DNA from: Podarcis gaigeae
Lineage: Eukaryota
Length of the DNA: 64,000 bases
Assembly: GCA_964106915.2 (NCBI GenBank)
Contig: OZ066917.1
Reading direction: 5' to 3' (one strand)
Below are positions 27,101 to 36,809 of this stretch, piece by piece (the first letter of the stretch is position 1; every line of letters starts with the position of its first letter). The notes below the pieces were generated by a model. The model saw only the letters and a program-made list of their open reading frames with translations, did not search any database and had not been told where the DNA came from. The position numbers and the translations under genes were made by a program.

Positions 27101-29553
27101 GTTTTCAGGATGTCTTCGGCAAAAGATTGTGTGGTCTTAGAGGTTTGATTTGATGACTCTTGACTTAGAGGATCTCCTCATGTGTTGGTTTTCCTACCTT
27201 CTTAATGCACAGGGTTGGTTTGGATACTTTTTCTGAGGACATACTGGAGGCAAGTTCTATTCAGTACAGCATCCAAGATCACAAGCAACTGTTGGATGTA
27301 GGGAAAACTTGGTTTTATTCTTAAAATATCAAAACTTCATTGTCCTCTTAAATATCAGAACTGCATTGTCCTCTGTTTCACATCATTTCAGAAATCCTGT
27401 GGGTTTTCATAGTGGAAAACCTTGGAGACGTCTTTCTTTCCTCCCCAGAATAGCTTTGGGCATTGTCACATTACATGCTGTTGGCTTGATGAATTGCATC
27501 AGTCAAGCCTGACGTGTTCATGTGTGAAGCAAGGGAGAAGGTAAATATATATTAGTTGTCCAGCTATTCTTCCTCCGGAAATCAGCTGGGTTGCAGAACT
27601 TCCCTGGAAAGCTTTACTAATAGACTTATTGTTCTGACATTATGTAAAGTGGTATTAATATTGTGTGACTTTTCTAAGAGCTAGGTAGATTTATAAGTAG
27701 GTAATAGGGAAATGGAAAATGACTTCTCAAAGATAAGAGCACTTGGAACAAAAGATGTGGAAAACAAGGTGTGCTTTTAAAAGAAAACAAATCTGAGGAA
27801 GGAAATGAAACAACCAGTTGGGAGATGGGCTCGTGAGAGGAAGATCCTTAGTAGTATGAGGAAGGTTGGAATGTCTCCCCTCTTCTGCCTTATTTCTCTT
27901 TACCTCACTCAGGCGAAAATATGGTGTCATATGGGTTTAATAGTTTGTTGTCGGCTCTTTCCCCAAACATTTCTAAAACTCTGTTCTCTTTGTTCTCACC
28001 AAAAATTCTCTCTTTACTTTTTACAATGTAGCACCCATCAAAATAAAGGCCTTCCTGAAGTATTTCTAGCAGAAATGTCTTTAACCCACCAGGGGGCTAT
28101 AAGTGTAAATGGTGAATGTTTCTGGCAAGAGTACTACAGGAATAGTGGTAAATATTAAGGAGTACAGATCTGTGTCAAATTAATATTTGCACAATTCAAG
28201 CCACCCACCCTGGCCAACAGCCTTTGGAACAAACACCTTTGGTCAGGGCTGGGGAGAAACTGTCACTTGTCCCATCTAATCCGTGTTAGCACATTGGCAT
28301 TTTCGATCCAGTTTCTGTATTTGAATTTGAGGAAGAAGCCACAGCAGATACCCATAAACTGATTGGTAAGTTACTTCCATTTATTTGAACCTCCCTGGAG
28401 GAAGATATAGGCTTTTCTCTAAAATCCAGGAGATAAGAGGTCAGGTGCAAGTGCATTTGAGAGCATCACGGGACTCTGGCCGTTTTGCACTCCCCTGGTC
28501 CCACCGTGTCGCTGTTCCATTTCCTTCTTCTGTGGTAGTGTCTAAGGCTAGGTGTGAGTAAGTGTCGGGTGTTTATCCACCACAGGTACGGGAGCTGTCG
28601 TATACCTCATTTCTAACTCATAACTGAGTAACTTGCTTTAACTTTCTCCAAACCCTACAGAGTTGCCAAGACTGCCCTCCCTCCCTTGATTAACATGGAA
28701 CTCTGGCTTATAGCACCCTGTGACCTGCAACCTGGGGGGCAACCCCCTAAAGCCTCTGAATGTCGCTGCTTAAAAGCTACTGCAAACTGAGGGCAAATTG
28801 CAATCTTCTATTTCTTTTGGTTACCAGGGGTCCTCTCGTAGTCTGTGAATATCCATCTCCACTCCCAATCTGTGCATGAAACCTCCATGCTGCCTTCTCC
28901 CTCCCCCTGGTGAGATGTCAGGGCTATAATGTACTGCAGGGTCAAGGCAGGACCCTGACGGCTCCTCTCAGCCAAGTGCTGCATGCATATTGCTCGCTAC
29001 TTTTTAATTTTGTTTCTCTCATGCTCCTCCCATATTTAATTTCCTTCTTTTATTATTTGACAATCTTGTTCCTCCCCGTCCCCGCCTCTAGGCTAACCAG
29101 AAGCTGCATCCCTGTCCCTTCTGCCATTTTACTTTGAATGTAGTTTTCCCACCCTTTGGAAAGAGAAGCTTTTCCAGGTCACGGTGCACTGCTATATGCC
29201 GAGGGGGGCGGTTTCTTTGTTTTGTTTTGTTCTTTTAGAAATTTCCAGCCAAAACCAAAGATTTCCTAATGATTGTATAAACTCAAAACAGACAAACAAA
29301 CAAACCAAAGACAAAAGGGGCGTCTTCAGCACCAATCATATCTCTTAAGATGGCGCGGTCCCATCCTGTGCTAACTTGCTTGGGAGACCAAGTTCTGTTT
29401 GACCTCCACAAATCCAAAGGCGCACAGCCATTGGGAGGGAGAGTTCAGTGGGGAAAAGTGATGGACTCCACAGATTGGTTGTGAAGCTGAAGACATTGGT
29501 GCATGACTGGCGGCTCTGGTGGGTGCTTTTAACCCTTTGGGAGCTGGGTGATA

Positions 29554-29628
29554 TTAATACACGCTGAGGTGCACTTCTGAGCTCTCTCTCTCCCCCCCCC
29601 CCCCCGCCACTGCTTGGAAGAGGCTGTC
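29554..29628 (-). other. CD247: Putative CD3-eta-like alternative terminal exon of CD247 (short frame), antisense within the POU2F1 3'UTR
   Basis: caacAG|GAC AGC CTC TTC CAA GCA GTG; in phase with exon 7 it gives DSLFQAVAGGGGERESSEVHLSVY*, resembling the recalled mouse eta start DSHFQAVQFGNRREREGSEL. Expression is not shown by the sequence. Confidence 0.55.
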
Positions 29629-31026
29629 CTGTTGTGCAAAATCTCTGAAAAAAAATGTTTCGTTTTTCTTTCTCTCCTCCCCCACTTCTTTTTTGTTCTT
29701 TAATTATTTTTGCAGCACCACTGTGCAACTATGCATTGTATTTCTCAACCTTTTGTGCTAGGTAGGTAGATGCCTATGACTTTTTAAACTTTGGGGGAGG
29801 GGGGTTGCCAATGAAGGAACTTTTTACATGGATCTTTTAAATCTCAGTTGATTAGGGGGTGTTTGGTTCTAGGGTCATACAAGCTCTATCCCAAAGCAAA
29901 ATCCAAATGTTAATAATATTAGCCTGATGCAGATACCAAAGATAATTTCTTTCCTGCAGAACCTTAGACTTGTGTATTAAGTACAATTACCCAGCACTTG
30001 CATTAGTCTAACCTCAGTAATTCCAAAGCTTAGATGTATATTTTGGTATATTTCTGGGATATTAAAAATGTTGTTTAAATTCTTGTTTGTTTCAGTGTAA
30101 TGCTCTTAAAGTCATAGCATGGAGATAACTGAATTGTCTTATTCTTAGTAGTTTGAAATAATAGTATTTTTGTATGTTTTGGGTGTGTCAATGTATGTAT
30201 TAACACAACAGTTTTCACTGCCTAGGTGTTCATAATTGAGAAAAAGTGTACATAATCTGTGATTTCCACCAGATTGTCGATTTAGATTGCATTTTCTCTG
30301 ATTGCCATTCCCAACAGGGAGATCTTTATTCCTTTTTTTTTAAAGAGACAGCATGCTTATAACAGTGAGATTGTACTTTTGCCCTCCCATAAAGGTCCAG
30401 TTCCCTGAAAACATCGTCCTTTAATTTTGAAAGGTGAGGCAAGACTCAAAGTGTAGCAATTGAATAACTAAAAGGACGGATATTATCATGCTAGGAATTT
30501 ATGCTTTTTGTTTTTATAGTGGGGGGGAGGCATCTTGCCAAGAAAGCTATGGTTTGTGGAAATTGATTTATAAAATCCTGAGCTCTTCCTATGGCAAAAA
30601 AGAGAGATTTGTGTTGATTACAGAGCTTCCCTGTCGTCAACCATCAAGTTGGCTTATTTCTTCCTCAGGCCTGCTAATGTGGTCAATTGTACAGCTTAAT
30701 TTACATGAACACTTTGTATCTAACTGTGATAAATATATTAAGATACAATGCATTCTTGCCTAACTTTAAATTTGAGAACTGTAAGGCCCTAATTTGAAAC
30801 TGTGTGTGTCTCCAAAATGGAGATGAAAAGGATGCTGTCTCTTTAAATATACCTTCTATTTTTTCCCTAGTAGCTGCCTACAGGTGGCTGTGGGCATTGA
30901 GAGAGACTGTGTAGATTATAGTGAATCAGGATGAAAATGGTAGATTTTGTGTAGATGCATTTGTCTGCTGTAATTTTTATATATATAAAACTTACTGTAA
31001 CTGTACAGTTCATTTCTGTTGTAAAC

Positions 31027-31032
31027 ATTAAA
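31027..31032 (+). terminator. Distal polyadenylation signal candidate (ATTAAA) of POU2F1
   Basis: ATTAAA preceded by several TGTA motifs and followed ~30 nt later by GT-rich ctggtttgtggtttttg. Confidence 0.6.
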
Positions 31033-31720
31033 CCATTTTTCCAAGTGTTTTAACATGCATGCACTGGTTTGTGGTTTTTGAACAAGTGAAAGGAAATGGC
31101 TGAAAAGAAATGGCAGAACCTTGTATTTCTGTTGTTTTAAACCTGACAATCCGGAGCTGAAGGATGTTCCTCCTTATTTTCTCCCAACTACACATTACAA
31201 GACATCTCAGGTTAGAAGACTCACATAATTGGACAGCAGAAACAGGTAAGCCTCTCAGTTCTGTTATTCTGCAGAAAATAAATATGCCAGATTTATTTTA
31301 AAAGCTTACACTACTAGCAACTTACGGCTTCCATGTTGAACAGGATGTGTTAAATTCTTTCAGTTAAGTAACCACCATGTGCAGGTTGTCTAACTAGCTC
31401 AACATCGTAATGCACATTTATTTAGTATTCTCTACATTTGTGTCCTTGACAAGATAATTTGTTTATTGCTACAGGCGTATGTGTCATGCATACTACTAGT
31501 TTGGTCCTACAATAAATATTGCTGCCCTTCTAAACTGTCCTAAAAGTCAGTATCTGTGCACCCTTGTTTAGCTTTAAATCTTAAGGTTTTGTAGGACTTA
31601 TTGCTCCTTTTCATTAAGCTCTTTTTCCCCTTTTACTTTCCACTGCAACATGGCACTATGAAGTTCAAACGAATCCAGAATAAGACCAGAAGAGGGAAAA
31701 GCAGGTATATTTAAGAAGCT

Positions 31721-31726
31721 TTTATT
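31721..31726 (-). terminator. CD247 polyadenylation signal candidate (AATAAA on minus)
   Basis: tttatt on plus; on minus it is preceded by TGTA and followed by U/C-rich sequence, giving a ~1.7-kb 3'UTR. Confidence 0.55.
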
Positions 31727-31881
31727 TAAAAATACACAGAACACATGGTTTCAGTTCTTTAGATAGAAAAACATTTTCTTTGTTCTTTTCAACTTAATTT
31801 ATAGATTTAAAGCTCCAGAAGTGTATTTTTGAAAGATCAGATTTAGGCTGTGTACACCCCATACATTTAACCACCTCTGCC

Positions 31882-32195
31882 CAGTGCCGGATTTACATAT
31901 AAGCTAAAAAGAGCTATATAGCTTGGGGCCCTACTCTCTTGGAGGCCTCCCAAAAAATTAAAGGGAAAAAACTGGATGTGTATTTCCAATATATAAGATG
32001 AACTGAAATACAATTAAGATGTTTAACAATTACTTTGATAAAATGCATATTTTGTTATGTGCAAATGGCTTTAGATACCTATTAGGTCCATAAATTACCA
32101 TATAGCATATATTCAACACAAAAAAGAGCGACAATTTGTGGTTGACAAAGGACAGCTGGACATACAAAGGGCCTCATCAAACCTAAATCCAGCCC
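31882..32195. mobile_element. hAT-like non-autonomous DNA transposon inside the CD247 3'UTR
   Basis: Termini CAGTGCCGGATTTA ... TAAATCCAGCCC (imperfect TIR). Confidence 0.55.
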
Positions 32196-33379
32196 AAGAA
32201 TCCTAGGATCTGTAGTTTAAGGGTGCTGGGAATTGCTCTGTAAGGAATAAACTACAGCCCCTGAGTTTGGGAAGTGGTATGAGTTCTGACAAGCAGACTC
32301 TCACTTCCATTTTGCTGATAGAGATGTATGTGAACCCTTTTTGGATCAACCAGTCTGATAAGATGGGCAGAAGGAATAAAATTCCTCTGTGAAACTAGGT
32401 AAGGGAAATAGATTCAAGGTATAAAATTCTCTGCCTGGGGAAAAAGCATAATAGGCAGCTGTTACTTCCCACGTCCTAAGGCTACAACTCTAAACACACT
32501 ATGGAGTAAATCCACTGGCTATTCCTTTGTGTAAACATGCTCCCCAGCTAATTCCCCCCTTGCTCCACTGGTATTAAGCTCACTTAACCAGGACTGCAGC
32601 ACCTGACAAGTTTGATCAGGATTCTGTCTTAACAGGAATTTGAAGCATCTACATTTAAAACAGGAGGTAATGTATTACTCATTTCAACCAACCATATGTC
32701 CTGTGGAAGAAGAACCTACTTCTATTCTCTTAACTATGGGAACATACTGTCTGTGCCTGCCCATACTTCTCATGCAGCATAAGTCAATTTTCATATTAAA
32801 TCCCTTTAGCAGTGCATGTTTACTCAAAAGAATGCCCTATTGCACTCAGTCCAAGGTCAATGGTGGTGCATGTTTTTGTATCTTGGCAAAAGAGTGTTTA
32901 AAAAGGTCCTTCAGGGCAATGGTGATACACTGTATATCTCCTCCCCCAAACCCCAATTGCTATTTATAAATAAAAACCCAAACCTATAACAAGAGAGGGG
33001 GGCAGTTAACCTGTTGGTGCTCAGAATTATCTGATGTTTTGGAACGAAATCCTTCCACATGAGCAACATTTTTTAATGCACATTTAGCTTCAAAAAACAT
33101 CTTTCTCCAGGAAAGAAAATGACTTTGAAATAGCCATCACAACAGCTGGTCTTAAATTTTATCTGAGCAACAACATGGTGCCCAAGCTCTATAGCTATGT
33201 ACACTTTGAAAGCTACAACTTGAAATTAGTTTTAAAAAGGAGCTTTGGTTTTTATGCTCATGTAAAAGTGGTATTTGTTGTAGAAGGCAACAGATTTCTG
33301 AACAGATCATCTTGAGAATGGTAATCAAGATTCCTGCTCGCCATGGAGTTAGTTCTCCTCTTGCTAGACTCAACTGTAG

Positions 33380-33448
33380 CTAGTAAGGAGGTGGTAGGGG
33401 CTGCATTTGAAGGACATCGTATGTATCCTTCGTTGCTTTGCTGAGACC
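33380..33448 (-). CDS. CD247: CD247 exon 8 (zeta terminal coding exon)
   Basis: tatcAG acceptor; GLSKATKDTYDVLQMQPLPPPY* (TAG 33382-33380), completing ITAM3 YQGL-x7-YDVL. Confidence 0.95.
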   Translation of the reverse strand, partial: GLSKATKDTYDVLQMQPLPPPY

Positions 33449-33962
33449 CTGATAAAGAAAGATAAGATGACTCAAAGTTATAACTAAATCAATATAACTG
33501 TAGTTATTAATCAGAAGTACTAAGTCCATATGCCCCTGCTAAAAATAAGTCCAACAACTCTGGCTTTCTATCCAGAGTAAATAAAGGTGACAGGCTGAGA
33601 TTCATAGCAAGGCAAAAGTCCTGCTTAGGAGAAGAATGTGACTGGTCCATTGTTTGTTGGAGGAAGCAAAGTTGTATACTGCCCTTAGAAGCGCCTCTGT
33701 ACTTGTTCCTTCACAGACTGCATTAACACCTCTGGGCAAGCAAAAATATTCTCTTAGGTGGCTCAAAGTGAGGAACAGGGCACTTGCTCTGTTCTCCCAT
33801 TGTAGAAAGGTGATCCAAATTGACAGGGTGCATGTATGCCAGAAACTAATTGAAGCAAAGGCAAACAAGATTCCTGTGTGAGCTGTTTTTGTGCAGCTTG
33901 CTTCCATAGGATTGTGACCCTGAAGTTTGTAGGGAGATAGGCTTGCTATCGCTGTGCCTTAC

Positions 33963-33998
33963 CTGATAAACTGTTTCACTGCCTTTGCCACGTCGTCT
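33963..33998 (-). CDS. CD247: CD247 exon 7
   Basis: ttttcAG / GTaag, 36 nt; RRRGKGSETVYQ. Confidence 0.93.
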
Positions 33999-34349
33999 CT
34001 GAAAAAAAGAAGCCCAGCATCAATACAAAATCTTTTTGCCCATGCAAATAATTACACTCACACTTGGCTCAATTTAACTGGGGGAAGTGGGAGGCTTGCT
34101 TCTGATTGGTCTTTTAAGAAGGTGCTGCACAATCTGACTCAACTGCCCCTTAATCAGTAATAAATAAAAATTATAAAGCACAGAAGTGTCATTCAAACAA
34201 TATCAAAAGGGTGAGGAGGATACTATAACTTCTGTTTTGCTTGACAGTACTGCTTTAAATAAAGGGTAGGGAAAAAGCAGGCAGAGTAGTGCCTGAAGCC
34301 ACCTTGGCACCTTATGTGTAGAGCTAAATTGGCAAGAAGTGTCACTTAC

Positions 34350-34406
34350 CTCTCCTTTCTTTCCAATTTCACTGTATGCTTCAGCCATCTTATCCCGCTG
34401 TAGAGC
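34350..34406 (-). CDS. CD247: CD247 exon 6
   Basis: gccAG / GTaag, 57 nt; ALQRDKMAEAYSEIGKKGE, completing ITAM2 YSAL-x8-YSEI. Confidence 0.95.
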
Positions 34407-36095
34407 CTGGCCATGGAAGATCAGAAAATAGTGTCAGCACGAATAAAATTAAAGTACTGTTTTCTGTCATACCACTCCTCTTTGTCAGAGATAAGAAACC
34501 ATGGACTCTCCCTCCAGATGTTCTTCCAGCTCACATCAACCCCAGCAAGCAATGTCCAGTGGTCAGGGACGATAAACATTGTAGTCTAGCATCATCTAGA
34601 GAGCCACCTACAGGTTCTCTATCCTTGCTATATAGATATAACAAAACAATACTTTCCCTGTGTTCATTCATGGGAGAGGAGATGTGATTGGTGGTCCAGA
34701 CTAAGGCAATGTTTCTTCCTTCACATTGCAGTTAGACTTGAAAGAAACCACTTGTTGAGTACAGTAAAAAAACTCCTTTCAAGTCTACTTGCAGAAGGGG
34801 GGATGCTGCAGGCCAGATGGGGAGACCCTGCAGGTCAGCACTTACTCTTGATTTATACTCTCTTTATTTGGTAATTTCCCCCCATGTGAAATAGGTCCCT
34901 GCTACTCCCATACTACAGACACGGGAGGATTTCAATGTTGCACTAATTGAGCATCCCTTGGTGGGCTACTAGTTGCATAAGGAAAGGGCAGGAAGCCTTG
35001 TGGCAGGTCACACAGCAGATTGCTGTAGTCAACAGTACTTCCTCCTGTACAACAAACTTGCACTACCACAACTGGGGTGGGTGCTGGGGAATACTACCCC
35101 ACAGAGCAGGTTGGGGAAAACTCTGGCCCTTCAGATGTTGCTGAACTTCTGCTCCCAATATCCCTGGCCATTGGCCATGTTTGCTGGGGCTAATGGGAGT
35201 TGGAGTCCAACATGATATGAAGGGCCAATGGTTTTCCCATGCCTGCCATACAGTCTGTTCAATTGCACATTCTACCTGTCATTAATGGCATACAATCATT
35301 TGAAAAGTGATTACATGGAGCCTTATGCTTTGCTTTCCTAAAGTTCAGTGCTTGTGACTTTGGAACCAATTGCTGATACCGCAGTAGCACCTCAATGCCT
35401 GAGAAGCAGCAATTCCAGCAATAGTTTTTCTTCTCTCCCTCAAGTTACACTAAGGGAGGGATGCAGCAGCTAGATAGAAACAAGGAGTAGGAATACAGAA
35501 GATAAACCCAGCTGGGAGGAGGCAAGAGAGAGGTTCGTTTACACACCTCACAAGGAAAGGAAATAAGCTATTTCATGGCAGCTGTTTGCTGCAGCAGAGG
35601 AAAATATCACAAACAGCATGCTGCTGAAATGGCATAGGAATAGACATGCACACATGTAAAAAAAGTTTGCATGCAGGTGCAGAAAACGTTAAAAAGAAAG
35701 AAAAAGTGGACTCCAGCAGAGTGAGGCTAAAATGCAACAGATCAGTTTTTGTAAACCAAAGCAGACTGCTTTTGGGGTTCATTAACAGCATGAAAACAAG
35801 CTGGGTCTTGAAACACCTTCTGGGAGAGGTATTTGGCACCCATGGGCTCACAAACAGTCAAACAAATACACTGGCAAATCGTCATATGTGTGCAAAAAGA
35901 GAGAAATTAATGAGGGTGATGCCTACATGGTAGCACAATTTACTTCCCAGTGTTGTTTCAGATGTCTTTAGGTGGGTTTTATGTGAAGGTGGCTGGTCAT
36001 TTTAGAAAACTGAAAAGCAATTTAGAAAAATTCTAGACAATATGGCAAGAAACCAAAACGCTTTTCTGAAATGGTCAGTTCTTGGTTTTACTTAC

Positions 36096-36131
36096 ACTGT
36101 AAACTCTGTCCTGAGCTTGCTTTCTTCTGTG
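36096..36131 (-). CDS. CD247: CD247 exon 5
   Basis: tttcAG / GTaag, 36 nt; HRRKQAQDRVYS. Confidence 0.9.
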
Positions 36132-36722
36132 CTGAAAAGGGGAGGAAAAAACAAGCAGTTCTTGCAACTGTTCTTGTGGACAATATCAAAAAAGTATTTG
36201 GGGATGTGCAAGGCATTGCAGAGATTCTTACAGAGATGCTAGTCTTGGATTAGTCACAAAATTTCTAGCTGCATTTGACGATGCATGAAGCGTTATCCTG
36301 AGTTGCTGGTATATGTACACATGGCAGTGGGAAGGGGGCTATCTTGATAGCACTGACATCCTGACATATATAATGTGTGAATGATCCTTTGTCTCTATTC
36401 AGTCCACAGTCTATGGGGCTGAAACATTGCAATTTAGTGGCTTAATCAAACCACATGCGTGTGCACCCACCCACCCACCCACCCCAGTAACTCAGAGTAG
36501 CACTTCATGCACCTAAGGAAGTGGACTGTAATCCACAAACCTTATTCCATCCTTAATAATAAATCTATTAGTCTTTAAAGTGCCATCAGATTCTTTGCTG
36601 TTTTAGGAGAGGTCAGGGATGCCATGTCCCAGTGGCAGCCTGAGCTGGGCTGACATTTTCTCTGCACGGAAAAGAGTGGCCTGAATTTAATAAAAGGACC
36701 AGGATGAGATGAGTGAAGGTAC

Positions 36723-36809
36723 CTGGGCTTTCCCCCCTCCTTCAATGTCAGCATCTGTCTGTTTCGCTCCCAGCGATGCATATTCATCTCTGGTTCCATG
36801 AGACAATTT
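36723..36809 (-). CDS. CD247: CD247 exon 4
   Basis: tttcAG / GTacc, 87 nt; KLSHGTRDEYASLGAKQTDADIEGGGKAQ, completing ITAM1 YNKL-x7-YASL. Confidence 0.9.

Larger units (their letters stand above)
18001..31050 (+). other. POU2F1: Probable long (~13 kb) POU2F1 3'UTR
   Basis: Follows the stop codon, lacks the young SINEs/LINE blocks seen in flanking introns, and ends in UGUA motifs, ATTAAA (31027) and a GU-rich downstream tract. Mammalian POU2F1 is known to have a >10-kb 3'UTR. The exact end is inferred. Confidence 0.65.

Noticed and set aside
29525-29540. Possible internal donor (AAGG|GTTAAA on minus) equivalent to the mouse CD3-theta splice
   Set aside because: The donor is a poor consensus match, my recall of the theta structure is uncertain, and I could not find a downstream theta-like exon.
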